The translations under genes were made by a program, and so were the position numbers. Of a stretch of 64,000 nucleotides of DNA, positions 31,253 to 41,787 are shown one piece after another. This DNA comes from Candidatus Woesearchaeota archaeon (GTDB lineage: Archaea > Nanobdellota > Nanobdellia > Woesearchaeales > JABGXB01). The number at the start of each line of letters is the position of its first letter. Within the stretch, counting starts at the first letter, position 1. The stretch spans positions 318,098-382,097 of the forward strand of contig JABGXB010000002.1 in NCBI GenBank assembly GCA_018675975.1, given 5' to 3'. Below the pieces are notes generated by a model, which saw nothing but the letters and a program-made list of their open reading frames with translations, had not been told where the DNA came from and ran no database searches.

Positions 31253-32768
31253 TTTTTAAATAATTTTCTTTTGTTTTCCAAAGCAAATAATAATCTAATA
31301 TTTGTAACCAAGATAAAATTAAAAAAACCACCATTTTTTCATAAATATTTTTACCAACATAAGCACGCCAATCAGATTTTGATTTGTCAATTATACTATG
31401 TTTTTTATAATTCACAAAATTAAAATTAACATCAAACAATTTAAATTTTGATTTATTTATATGATATATTTTATCCAAAGAATAATTTAAATCATTAGAT
31501 TTTATTGCTAAAACTAAATCAAAATTATCAATATTTTTTTTAATAAGTTTATAATCCATTATTTTAACAAAATTAGTTTTTGATAAAATATCAAAACAAA
31601 AATTTAATAAAAAGCTATTTCCATAATTATACATAATTATTTTTTTATTATTTAGTTTAAATAAATCAGAATAATCTACTTTTTCTATAAGTAAAGATTG
31701 AATGTTAGTTTTTGCAAAAATTTGAGTTTCTTCATAAAAATTTTTCAAAGCTAAAAAATTATATTCATCAAAATGAGGTTTTAAAGATTTTTTCCAATTC
31801 AGTTCAGAATTATCTCTTTTGTACAAAGTATATTTTTGATTATTAATAATTAATTCATAATTATTATTTCTTATAACTGTAATTTTATAATCTTGACCAA
31901 TAAATCTATTATCTATTCTTATTAAACGTTCATTAAATTTAGAATTAATATTTAAATCCGTTGGATTTTCAAGTAATTTTTTAAATGAAATTGCCCTTTT
32001 ATTTTCTCGCCCATATTTAAAATTTAAATAATCAAAAATAGTTTCAAAAATATCAAAAAGCCCAACTTGTGCATTAATATTAATTTTTGAGGAATTTTTA
32101 TTTTCAAAAGGTAATTTTAGTGCCAAATTAGCACGATAACAATCTTCAGTTGAATAAATACTATGATTTCTAGGCTTCATTAACCAACCAATTGGTTTAT
32201 ATGAACCAAAATCAGTATATCCATGATCAGAAGAAATTATAATAAAAGAATTTTCATATAAATTTTTTTCTTTTAAATATTTTAATGTATTTTCAACCAT
32301 ATTATTTTGATCATTTGTTGGAGCAAAATGAATATATAAAAAATTAGGGCCATTAAAATTAAATTTCTTTTCCATTATGTGTTTAAAAGAATTCCAAACA
32401 GTACCATTACCACTTTTATATTCATTATCAGTCCTAAACACATTTAATTTTTTTTTATAAAATTCTGAACCCTCCCTACAAAAAAAAGTACTATTTATAG
32501 TATATCCATTTTTTTTCAATTCATCAAAATAACTATGGGTCTCAAAGTCCTTCAAAGCTGAATGGTCATAATACAAATCATGTGAAAACATACCTGTAAA
32601 AAATGAACTAGTAGACATTAAAGTTGAAGTTGCTGATGCAATAGCCGTTTTAAAATTCAAAAATTCAAAAGGAAGTTCATCATATATTTTCAATCTCCCA
32701 TATCCATCATTACTTTTAAAAAATCTATTACCTTCTGTTGCAATCCAAATAATATTATTATGTTTCAT
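31245..32768 (-). CDS. Alkaline-phosphatase/sulfatase-fold protein
   Basis: 'NIIWIATEGNR', 'ATSTLMSTSSFFTG' (Thr at the nucleophile position), 'FLYIHF', 'IIISSDHG'. Confidence 0.75.
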   Translation of the reverse strand: MKHNNIIWIATEGNRFFKSNDGYGRLKIYDELPFEFLNFKTAIASATSTLMSTSSFFTGMFSHDLYYDHSALKDFETHSYFDELKKNGYTINSTFFCREGSEFYKKKLNVFRTDNEYKSGNGTVWNSFKHIMEKKFNFNGPNFLYIHFAPTNDQNNMVENTLKYLKEKNLYENSFIIISSDHGYTDFGSYKPIGWLMKPRNHSIYSTEDCYRANLALKLPFENKNSSKININAQVGLFDIFETIFDYLNFKYGRENKRAISFKKLLENPTDLNINSKFNERLIRIDNRFIGQDYKITVIRNNNYELIINNQKYTLYKRDNSELNWKKSLKPHFDEYNFLALKNFYEETQIFAKTNIQSLLIEKVDYSDLFKLNNKKIIMYNYGNSFLLNFCFDILSKTNFVKIMDYKLIKKNIDNFDLVLAIKSNDLNYSLDKIYHINKSKFKLFDVNFNFVNYKKHSIIDKSKSDWRAYVGKNIYEKMVVFLILSWLQILDYYLLWKTKENYLKTN

Positions 32769-32899
32769 AAAAGTATTTTCTTAATAATTACTTTATATAT
32801 ATTATGAATTTCAAATAATTATTAATAAAGAATTATTTATAATAAAATTTTTAAAGAAAAAAATTTACAAACAATTAATAAATCAAAGGAGAATAAAAT

Positions 32900-34198
32900 A
32901 TGAAAAAAGTATACGTTGGAATGAGTGCAGATTTATTACACACAGGTCATTTAAATATAATTTCAGAAGCAGCAAAATTAGGGGAATTAACAGTTGGAAT
33001 TCTAACGGATGAAGCAATTTCAAGTTATAAAAGATTACCACATTTACCTTTCGAAGATCGAAAAAAAATAGTAGAATCAATTAAAGGAGTGCATGAAGTT
33101 ATTCCTCAAGAAACTCTTGATTATGTACCCAATTTAGAAAAGATAAAACCAGATTTTGTAGTCCACGGAGATGATTGGAAAACAGGTATACAAAAATCAA
33201 CACGCGAAAGAGTTCTAAATACAATTCAAAACTGGGGGGGAAGACTAATAGAGCCAAAATATACAAGTAATATTTCTTCAACTAAATTAAATCAAGCTTT
33301 AAAAGAAATTGGAACAACCCCAGAAATAAGATTAAAAAGATTAAGAAGGTTATTAAATGCAAAAAGTATAGTTAGAGTTCTTGAAGCACATAATGGTTTA
33401 ACAGGATTAATTGTTGAAAACGCAGAAGTCATTAAAAATGAAGTAAAAAAAGAATTTGATTGTATGTGGTTGAGCAGTTTAACTGATTCAACTGCAAAAG
33501 GAAAACCAGACATAGAATTAGTAGATATAACTTCAAGATTAAACACAATAAATGATATTTTAGAAGTAACAACTAAACCCATAATTTATGACGGAGATAC
33601 TGGAGGCAAACCAGAACATTTTCCTTTTTTTGTGAAATCATTAGAAAGATTAGGAATTTCTGCAGTTATAATTGAAGATAAAATTGGATTAAAAAAAAAT
33701 TCACTTTTTGGAACTGATGTGGAACAACAACAAGACACACCAGAAAATTTTGCAAAAAAAATTAATATTGGAAAAAAAGCCCAAATTACAGAAGATTTTA
33801 TGATAATTGCAAGAATTGAAAGTTTGATTTTAAAACAAGGTTTAGATGATGCAATTGAAAGAGCAAAAATATACATAGATGCAGGTGCTGATGGAATTAT
33901 GATTCATAGTAAAGAAACAGATCCAAATGAAATTTTAATGTTTTGTCACAAATTTAAATCTTTTGAAAAAAAAGTACCTTTGGTAGTAGTACCTTCAACA
34001 TATAATGAAATAACTGAACAAGAATTAATTGATGCAGGAGTAAACATAGTTATTTATGCAAATCATTTGTTAAGAAGTGCATATCCTGCAATGATAAATA
34101 CTGCAAAAATAATTTTAGAAAATGACAGATCATTAGAAGCAAACAATTCATGTATGCCAATTAAAGAAATTTTAAATTTAATACCGGGTGGAAAATGA
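32900..34198 (+). CDS. pepM: Phosphoenolpyruvate mutase with N-terminal HxGH cytidylyltransferase domain
   Basis: PepM signature '[10 protein letters not shown]' (EDKx5NS); 'DGDTGG', 'IARIES', 'GADGIMIHS'; N-terminal 'ADLLHTGH', 'VHGDDW', 'ISST'. Confidence 0.96.
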   Translation: MKKVYVGMSADLLHTGHLNIISEAAKLGELTVGILTDEAISSYKRLPHLPFEDRKKIVESIKGVHEVIPQETLDYVPNLEKIKPDFVVHGDDWKTGIQKSTRERVLNTIQNWGGRLIEPKYTSNISSTKLNQALKEIGTTPEIRLKRLRRLLNAKSIVRVLEAHNGLTGLIVENAEVIKNEVKKEFDCMWLSSLTDSTAKGKPDIELVDITSRLNTINDILEVTTKPIIYDGDTGGKPEHFPFFVKSLERLGISAVIIEDKIGLKKNSLFGTDVEQQQDTPENFAKKINIGKKAQITEDFMIIARIESLILKQGLDDAIERAKIYIDAGADGIMIHSKETDPNEILMFCHKFKSFEKKVPLVVVPSTYNEITEQELIDAGVNIVIYANHLLRSAYPAMINTAKIILENDRSLEANNSCMPIKEILNLIPGGK

Positions 34199-35310
34199 TT
34201 AATGTAATAAATTTTATAAATTTTTTAAAAAATCAAGGAATTGATTATTATACTGGAGTTCCAGATAGCTTAATGAAAAATTTCTGTGATTATATAAATT
34301 CAAATAAAGAAATTAATAATATAGTAAATCACAATGAAGGAGGTGCAATTGCATTTGCCGCAGGAAATTATTTAACAAATAAAAAACCGTGTTTAGTATA
34401 TTTACAAAATTCAGGACAAGGAAATTGCATAAATCCATTAATAAGTCTAACACACCCTAAAGTTTATTCAATACCAATGTTATTGTTAATTGGTTGGAGA
34501 GGTGAACCAGAAATTAAAGATGAACCACAACATATGAAACAAGGAGAAATAACTGAAGAATTATTGCAATTATGTGACATACCTTTTGAAATATTAGATA
34601 TTGAAAATTGGAAATCACAAATTGAAAAAGCAAACAATTTTATGATAGAAAATAAATCACCTTTTGCAATATTAGTTAAAAAGAATACTTTTGAAAAAAC
34701 TAATATAGTTAAAAAAGAGAATAATTTTAATCTAGTAAGAGAAAATGTATTGAAAAAAATAATACAAAATACTAATGATGATCAAATAATTTTTAGTACA
34801 ACAGGAAAAATAAGTAGAGAAATATATGAAGTTAGAAAAGAATTAAATAAAGAATCAGATTTAGATTTTTATAATGTAGGTGCAATGGGTCACGTAAGTC
34901 AAATTGCACTTGGAGCTTCATTTAAGACCAATAAAAAAATATTATGTATAGATGGTGATGGTTCATTAATAATGCACATGGGAACATTAGCGACAATCGG
35001 AAGTTATCAACCAAATAATTTTGTACACATATTAATAAATAATGAAGCACACGAATCTGTTGGCGGTCAAAAAACTGCAAGTAGTGAAATTAATTTTTTA
35101 GAAATTGCTAAAGGTTGTAATTATAAATATATAAAAAGTATAATTAATGAACAAGAGTTAGATGATTTTTTAAAAAATTCAGAGTTAAAATATCCAGCAT
35201 TTATTGAAATAAAAGTAAAATTAATGTCAAGAGATAATTTGAAACGCCCAGAAGACACAACTTTAGAAAGAAAAGAAAAATTTTTAAATAAATTAGAAAA
35301 TGCAAATTAA
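34195..35310 (+). CDS. ppd: Phosphonopyruvate decarboxylase
   Basis: 'TGVPDS', 'NEGGA', 'YLQNSG.GN..NPL.SL', 'GWRG.P..KDEPQH..QG', 'TTGK.SRE', ThDP motif 'DGDGS'. Confidence 0.95.
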   Translation: MINVINFINFLKNQGIDYYTGVPDSLMKNFCDYINSNKEINNIVNHNEGGAIAFAAGNYLTNKKPCLVYLQNSGQGNCINPLISLTHPKVYSIPMLLLIGWRGEPEIKDEPQHMKQGEITEELLQLCDIPFEILDIENWKSQIEKANNFMIENKSPFAILVKKNTFEKTNIVKKENNFNLVRENVLKKIIQNTNDDQIIFSTTGKISREIYEVRKELNKESDLDFYNVGAMGHVSQIALGASFKTNKKILCIDGDGSLIMHMGTLATIGSYQPNNFVHILINNEAHESVGGQKTASSEINFLEIAKGCNYKYIKSIINEQELDDFLKNSELKYPAFIEIKVKLMSRDNLKRPEDTTLERKEKFLNKLENAN

Positions 35311-36439
35311 CGAATTTATTGGAATTGATTGTTTAAATCAAATAACAGAAATAATCAAATCTGAAAATATTCAAAATATATTTTTAGTAACAGGAAAAAA
35401 AAGTTTTGAAAATTCTGGAGCAAAAGAAAAATTAGATGAGTTAATAAAAAATTTAAACATAACACATTATTTTGATTTTGAAGTCAATCCAAAATTTGAA
35501 GATGTATTAAAAGGAATAGATCTATTTAAACAAAATAATTGTGAATTAATAATTTCTTGTGGTGGCGGAAGTGCAATGGATATTGCCAAATCAATAAGTA
35601 TATTATCAAGTCAAAAAGAAACAAATTTAAGAGAAACTGTAATAAAGAATTCAATAATAGAAGATAACAAATATACACACATAGCAATTCCAACTACTGC
35701 AGGCTCAGGAAGTGAAGTAACTCATTTTGGTGTTATTTATGTAAATAATAAAAAATATAGTTTAACACACAAGTCAATGAAACCAAATTTTTATTTTTTA
35801 GATCCATCTTTATTAATGAGTAATAGTGAATATCAAAAAGCTACTAGCGGAATTGATGCATTTTCACAAGCAATTGAGAGTTTTTGGTCTGTAAATTCAA
35901 ATACAGAAAGTATTGAATATAGTATTAAAGCAATAGAATTACTATGGCACAATTTAGAAGATGCAGTAAAAACACCAACAATAGAAAATTTACAAAAAAT
36001 CTTTTTAGGTTCAAATTATGCAGGTAAAGCAATTAATATTGCAAAAACAACAGCCTCACATTCAATTTCATATCCAATTACTACTTTTTTTAAAATATCT
36101 CATGGTCATGCCGTTTATTTAACAATACCTGAAATGTTTTACTTTAATTCCAATATAACAGAAAAAGATTGTAATGATAAAAGGGGAGTAAATTATGTAA
36201 AAGAAAAAATGAAAAAATTGCAACAAATGTTTGGAGGAAATAGTTTTTTAGAAGCAAAACAAAATTTAGAATTATTTGGAAAAAATTTAAATTTAGAAAA
36301 TTTATTATCAAACCTTGGAATTAATAGAGAAAATATAAATTTAATTATACAAAATGGATTTAATCCACAAAGAGTTAAAAACAATCCCAGATATTTAAAT
36401 GAAGAAAATTTAAAAACAATATTAGAAAAAATATATTAA
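35300..36439 (+). CDS. Fe-dependent alcohol dehydrogenase, phosphonoacetaldehyde reductase type
   Basis: 'GGGSAMD.AK', 'IPTTAGSGSEVT', 'DAFSQAIES.WS', 'AINIAKTTASHSISYP', 'HGHAV'; coupled to pepM-ppd. Confidence 0.9.
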   Translation: MQINEFIGIDCLNQITEIIKSENIQNIFLVTGKKSFENSGAKEKLDELIKNLNITHYFDFEVNPKFEDVLKGIDLFKQNNCELIISCGGGSAMDIAKSISILSSQKETNLRETVIKNSIIEDNKYTHIAIPTTAGSGSEVTHFGVIYVNNKKYSLTHKSMKPNFYFLDPSLLMSNSEYQKATSGIDAFSQAIESFWSVNSNTESIEYSIKAIELLWHNLEDAVKTPTIENLQKIFLGSNYAGKAINIAKTTASHSISYPITTFFKISHGHAVYLTIPEMFYFNSNITEKDCNDKRGVNYVKEKMKKLQQMFGGNSFLEAKQNLELFGKNLNLENLLSNLGINRENINLIIQNGFNPQRVKNNPRYLNEENLKTILEKIY

Positions 36440-36447
36440 TAAAATAA

Positions 36448-37887
36448 TTAAATTAAAACATCTATTTCTTTACCATATTTGGTATAAATACAATATAAAT
36501 ACATAAAGTAAAAAAAGGAAAAAATTATACCTAAATAAATAATTGAATTAATAAAAGAATATAACATTACAATTAAAAAAAGACTAAAAAATATTGTTAA
36601 AAAAACATTAAAATTAAATAAATTGTATACATCAAATTTATTTTTAATAAAATGAGAACTTAAAAAGAATATTAATAAATAACTAATAAAAGTTGATATG
36701 GCTGCACCTAAAATTCCATATGTTGGAATTAAAAAGAAATTTAATAAAACATTTACTAATGCTGAAATAATATTGACAAAAAGGATTATTTTTGTATTAT
36801 AATAAGAATATATAAATTGAAAATTAATTAAATTTAATGAATTTAATAAAACACCAAAAACTAATACAATAAAAACATATTGACCAGATAAATATTTAAT
36901 ATCAAATAAAAAACCCAAATATTTAATTCCAAAAAAAGCTACAAATATAAAAATTGGTAAAGATAATAATAAAAAGCCATTAATGATTTTTTTATAAAAA
37001 ATATTAGCTTTTAAAAAATTATTTTTTATATTTTTTCTTAAATAAGGAACAATAAATAAAATAATCGGAGAGGCTAAAAGCAACAATACTGATGCCGAAG
37101 GTAATAATACATTATATATACCAACATCAATTAATGATTTCATACTAGTTAACATAAAAGTATCAAAATAATTAATAAATCTCCCACCTAAATCACTTAA
37201 AATTAATGGAAAAGAAAAAAAAAGAAAATTGGGAATTATAGTATAATCATTAGCTCCAACATTTGTAAACTTAGAAATTAATTTTGATAAACTAGGAATA
37301 AATATTAGAAATACAAATATGGGCGTAACTACAAGAGCTAAAATTGCCGAAATCAAACTATCAAAAAAATAATTAAAAATTAAAAATAATATGACAATTA
37401 AAAGATTTTTTAATGGTTCAAAAGTATTTATTTGTTTAGACATATAAAAAATTCTAAAAATGGGTCTTAATAATAAACTCAATAAACTTGTTACAAAATA
37501 AATACTAAAAACTTTAAACAAAAATGAAGAATATAATAAATTAAAATAATTTTGAGCTAAAAAATCAGAAATAAAAATAAAAATAAATACAAAAATAGTC
37601 GAAATAATAAATTGGGATGAAATTACAAAACATAGTAAACTTCTTAATGCATTAAAATTTTTTTTAGATAGAAAATCAGAACCAAATTTAACAACACCCT
37701 GATTAAAACCCAAATTTCTAAAAACTAAAAAAAAAAGTATAAAATTTAACATAGAATAAAATAAACCATATTCTTCAAGACTAAGATTAGATGCTAAAAT
37801 AATTCTAAATAAATAAGAAAAGAATAAAGAAAATATTGCACCAATAATATAAAAAATACTTCCTTTAATAAATAAATTTTTAATCAT
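36448..37887 (-). CDS. Oligosaccharide flippase (Wzx/AglR-like, MOP family)
   Basis: About 14 TM segments; 'LSLEEYGLF', 'DTFML......VGIYN', 'NVLLNFFLIP.YGILGAAIST'. Confidence 0.9.
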   Translation of the reverse strand: MIKNLFIKGSIFYIIGAIFSLFFSYLFRIILASNLSLEEYGLFYSMLNFILFFLVFRNLGFNQGVVKFGSDFLSKKNFNALRSLLCFVISSQFIISTIFVFIFIFISDFLAQNYFNLLYSSFLFKVFSIYFVTSLLSLLLRPIFRIFYMSKQINTFEPLKNLLIVILFLIFNYFFDSLISAILALVVTPIFVFLIFIPSLSKLISKFTNVGANDYTIIPNFLFFSFPLILSDLGGRFINYFDTFMLTSMKSLIDVGIYNVLLPSASVLLLLASPIILFIVPYLRKNIKNNFLKANIFYKKIINGFLLLSLPIFIFVAFFGIKYLGFLFDIKYLSGQYVFIVLVFGVLLNSLNLINFQFIYSYYNTKIILFVNIISALVNVLLNFFLIPTYGILGAAISTFISYLLIFFLSSHFIKNKFDVYNLFNFNVFLTIFFSLFLIVMLYSFINSIIYLGIIFSFFYFMYLYCIYTKYGKEIDVLI

Positions 37888-40800
37888 TTTATAATAAAAT
37901 CAGAAAAAGATAAAGTTTTATTATTTAATAAAATAATATGATAACCAAATTGACTCTCAATTGGTTTACTTATTTCACCAACATTTAATTCTTTTGCCGC
38001 ATCACTAAATTCAAGAACAAATCCATTAAGATCACCAAGACCCATATTACCACCATTAACAACAACACTAGGATCCTCACTAAATTCAATTGCCTTTTCT
38101 TTAAAATTATGTATAGTTAAATTGTTTAAAACATCATTTGTAAATTTTAAGGCTTCTTCTTTTGTTCTATTAATATTTAATTGTGGAACTTCACTATGAC
38201 CAATTAAAATATGACTAACATTATATAAATAGTTTTTTGGTTTAGTCATTTCATTACTATCCCAGTCAATTAACCAACTACTTATTTTAAATCCACTTTG
38301 GCTTCTTTGTTCGTCAAAGAATTTAAAATTTTTCAAACCAAGACCATTTAAATAAAACAATCTACTAAACATAGAGCCAGCTAAATCTGGATGAGATATT
38401 GAAACTAAAAGTCTTCCATCATTTTCATATAATGTTAAAGCAAAATTAATACTTGCATTTTCATAATTTATTGATTCAAATTCATAATCAGAATTTAAAT
38501 AATTAAAAGAATGAGGTTTTTGATTATTTTGAAAACTACCTTGGTTATTTTTCAAATTATGAGTATATATTAAAGCACCCTGGGGCGTATTGACATTACA
38601 AATTATTTCATTTTCATTTTTTTGACAAGGATAGTTTCCCACATAATTTGGAAAACCACTAATCCAATAATTTGCACTTTCTTCATCATATGCATTAACA
38701 TTCATACTATCAATTAATTTGTCAGGATTTTTAATATTTTTTTCATTTAATATTTTAATTTGGTCATCATATAGTAAATCGTTAGTGCTTTTCCAAGCAT
38801 AAGCTCGATCAAAATTCCAACCACCAAAATGAGCCCAGACAGCCGCTTTTGAAACCATATCTTGTGAAGTTATAAAAATTCCATCTTGTGGAGTACAATG
38901 GGTCATTCCTAAAAATACATCAACTTCTTCAACACTATAATTTTCATTTAATAAAATTTGTTTTGCATTTTCTTTCGAAGAAAAAATAACTGTTTCAATT
39001 AATCTTAAAGTATCATAATTATCATATTTTTTTTCTAATTCCTTACCAAATCTATGATTTGAACAATGCAACATACGCAAAATATTTTTTGCCTCACTTT
39101 CATTATTAGTTAATAAACTTCGCCCAACCCAATGCGCTAATTCACCTAATTGAGAACCACCATCAAAGGTTGCACCCCTGTTTGAAACCGTAATAAATTG
39201 ATGACCAAAATCCCACCAAGAAGTTATTATCGAATCATTATGAGTTTCTGTTTTTATTTTATTTAAATCCGAAACCCACGCGTCATTTAAACTTGGTAAG
39301 GATTGTGAACCAAATGCATAAACTGTATTTAACGGAAAAATTAAATTTAATAATAAAAATACCAATACAAAAATACACAAATTTGAAGTAATCAAAGATA
39401 ACTTAAATTCCTTATTTGAAAATTCAGACAAATATTTTGAAATTTTACCAAAAAATATTGAAATTATAAATGCAAATGGTAAAACTGTAACCATAATAAA
39501 TCTAACACCTGAAAAAGTAGTCCAAAATAAAACAATAAACCAAACAAAGCCCAAAATTGAAAGTTTTATATTAAAATTTGAATTTTTTCTTTCAACAAAT
39601 AATATAATTAAACCAATAAATCCAAGAATGGTTAATAGTATACCTTTAGATAAACTACCCCCTCCAGATAAACTAGAAAAAGTATTTAAAAAATTACTTG
39701 GATTTAACTCCGCTACTGTTGTATAAACATTAGGCCAAATGCTTATCCCTTTAGTAGTTTCTTTTAATAATAAAAAACCAAATGGTCCTTTAAAAAGTGA
39801 AATTAAAGAACCCACACCTTTTATTAAAACAACAAAAATTGATCCTAAAACAAAATAAGAAAATGAATAATAAAATGTATTTTTTATTTCTACATCATAT
39901 TTAAAAAGATTAAAACTTTTTTTTAACTTATATTCTTTAATGACTAATATGATCAAATATAAAAATAATGAAATTAATAAAATTAAAAAGAAATACCAAT
40001 AACCCCCCCAAGCAAAAGAAAATAAACCAGTAAAAAATGATGCAAAAATTAAATTAGTTATTTTCCATTTTATTTTTTTTAATTGAAATACATTTATTAT
40101 AAAATAAAGTATTATTAAAGGAAAAAATATCACATACATATCAGTATCTGAAAAACCACCAACAGTTCTTTGAAATATACTTGTATGAAATCCAACTAAA
40201 TATGAAAATATAAAACCACCTAATGTATTAGTAATTTGTCTACCAATTAAAAATGCAAAAATTATTGCAATCCCTATTCCAATAATCGGTAAAATAAAAA
40301 ATGTTTTATATAATGAAATGTCGATAAAAAAATTTAATATTTTATATGAATATACAGCAAAATATGGGTGTAAAGAATTAGTTAATGGTTGTTCATTATT
40401 ATTAGGAGCCAATCTAAATTTATCAATAGATTGACCTTCAATTAATATCTCCCCAACATGCCCATTATTCAATAAATTTCTTGCTTGTCTATAATAGTAA
40501 TAAGGATCAATTGCAACTAAATATGTCTCCCCATCTTCATTTTGAAATTCTGCTTTAATTCTATCTGACAAAATTTCTGTTTGTTGATCTATTACTTGTT
40601 TATTTTGTTCAGAGAATTCAATCCATCTTTTTTGTGCTAATTGTTGTTTTCCTTGTGAATCAACATTAGGAAATTGAGAATTAATTTCATTTAATTGAGA
40701 ATTTAAAAAATTTTGTCGTATACTTTGTTCAGCCCACTCTTCTGAAATATCAACATTTAAATTTTGAGTTCTTACATCAAAATTTACAAATAATAAAGTC

Positions 40801-40928
40801 AATAATAAAAAAATCCAAATATATTTTTGAATAAATTTTGAAAATCTATATTTAGGGTTATCATTAAATGGATCTAATAAATAATTTTTCCAATTTGAAA
40901 AATCTAATTTAAATTCTTTTTCTTCCAT
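37884..40928 (-). CDS. aglB: Oligosaccharyltransferase AglB/STT3 with C-terminal parvulin (PpiC-type) PPIase domain
   Basis: 'IDPYYYYR', 'GGFSDTD', 'TVAEL', 'SWWDFGH', 'DMVSK'; C-terminal 'VSHILI...RTKEEA...F...A.EFSEDP....NGG.MG.....FV.EFSDAA..L.VGEISKPIESQFGYHII'. Confidence 0.95.
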   Translation of the reverse strand: MEEKEFKLDFSNWKNYLLDPFNDNPKYRFSKFIQKYIWIFLLLTLLFVNFDVRTQNLNVDISEEWAEQSIRQNFLNSQLNEINSQFPNVDSQGKQQLAQKRWIEFSEQNKQVIDQQTEILSDRIKAEFQNEDGETYLVAIDPYYYYRQARNLLNNGHVGEILIEGQSIDKFRLAPNNNEQPLTNSLHPYFAVYSYKILNFFIDISLYKTFFILPIIGIGIAIIFAFLIGRQITNTLGGFIFSYLVGFHTSIFQRTVGGFSDTDMYVIFFPLIILYFIINVFQLKKIKWKITNLIFASFFTGLFSFAWGGYWYFFLILLISLFLYLIILVIKEYKLKKSFNLFKYDVEIKNTFYYSFSYFVLGSIFVVLIKGVGSLISLFKGPFGFLLLKETTKGISIWPNVYTTVAELNPSNFLNTFSSLSGGGSLSKGILLTILGFIGLIILFVERKNSNFNIKLSILGFVWFIVLFWTTFSGVRFIMVTVLPFAFIISIFFGKISKYLSEFSNKEFKLSLITSNLCIFVLVFLLLNLIFPLNTVYAFGSQSLPSLNDAWVSDLNKIKTETHNDSIITSWWDFGHQFITVSNRGATFDGGSQLGELAHWVGRSLLTNNESEAKNILRMLHCSNHRFGKELEKKYDNYDTLRLIETVIFSSKENAKQILLNENYSVEEVDVFLGMTHCTPQDGIFITSQDMVSKAAVWAHFGGWNFDRAYAWKSTNDLLYDDQIKILNEKNIKNPDKLIDSMNVNAYDEESANYWISGFPNYVGNYPCQKNENEIICNVNTPQGALIYTHNLKNNQGSFQNNQKPHSFNYLNSDYEFESINYENASINFALTLYENDGRLLVSISHPDLAGSMFSRLFYLNGLGLKNFKFFDEQRSQSGFKISSWLIDWDSNEMTKPKNYLYNVSHILIGHSEVPQLNINRTKEEALKFTNDVLNNLTIHNFKEKAIEFSEDPSVVVNGGNMGLGDLNGFVLEFSDAAKELNVGEISKPIESQFGYHIILLNNKTLSFSDFIIK

Positions 40929-40985
40929 ATTATCCCTTATTATCTTAAACTATGTTTTTGAAAACTATTTATAAATTTTGAGTTA

Positions 40986-41693
40986 TTAATTATTATTAAA
41001 TAATAATCTGAATTTTCGAATAATCATTTTGAAGGCAACAAATATGCTTCTTTTTATTAATGCATAAAAATTATGTTTTTTAATTACATATGGATTGTAA
41101 TTAATAATAACAGGAATTTCTTTATATTTTATTTTTTTTATACCAATTTCATCAATTATTTCACTTGCATGAGCCATACAGTTTTCTTTAATTTCAATAC
41201 ATTTCGCAGCATATCTATTCATAACTCTATACCCATTATGAGTATCAGTTAAATTAATATGTGAAATTAAAAGAGTAAATACCAAGCTTAATTTTAATAA
41301 AAACCATTTTATAAAAGGCATATTAGATTTTTTACATAAAAATCTACTTCCAAGAGTAATTTCACATTTTTTATCAATAACCGGTTTTAACATATTATTT
41401 AAATCTTCAATTCTATGTTGACCATCCGCATCAAAAGTTACTATATATTTACATTTTGATTGCTTAAGGCAATAATTTATACCATGTCTTAATGCCGCAC
41501 CTTGACCTCTATTTTTTTTATGATTAATTACATAAGCATATTTTTTTGAAATTTTATGAGTATTATCACTAGAATTATCATTTATAACAATTATTTTAAA
41601 ATATCCATTTTTATTTAATTTTTTTAAAACAGACCCAATAATTTTTTCTTCATTATATGCAGGAATTACAAAATATATAGAATTTTTATTCAT
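40986..41693 (-). CDS. GT2 dolichol-phosphate glycosyltransferase
   Basis: 'VIPAYNEE', 'NDNSSD', 'NRGQGAAL', 'VTFDADGQH', 'GSRFL', 'TDTHNGYR'. Confidence 0.92.
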   Translation of the reverse strand: MNKNSIYFVIPAYNEEKIIGSVLKKLNKNGYFKIIVINDNSSDNTHKISKKYAYVINHKKNRGQGAALRHGINYCLKQSKCKYIVTFDADGQHRIEDLNNMLKPVIDKKCEITLGSRFLCKKSNMPFIKWFLLKLSLVFTLLISHINLTDTHNGYRVMNRYAAKCIEIKENCMAHASEIIDEIGIKKIKYKEIPVIINYNPYVIKKHNFYALIKRSIFVAFKMIIRKFRLLFNNN

Positions 41694-41787
41694 TAATTAT
41701 ATTTTTAAATTTCAGTTTAAAAGTATTATGAATAAATGATAAATTTTTATAAAAATATATATAAATGTATTATTTGGAAACAATAAT

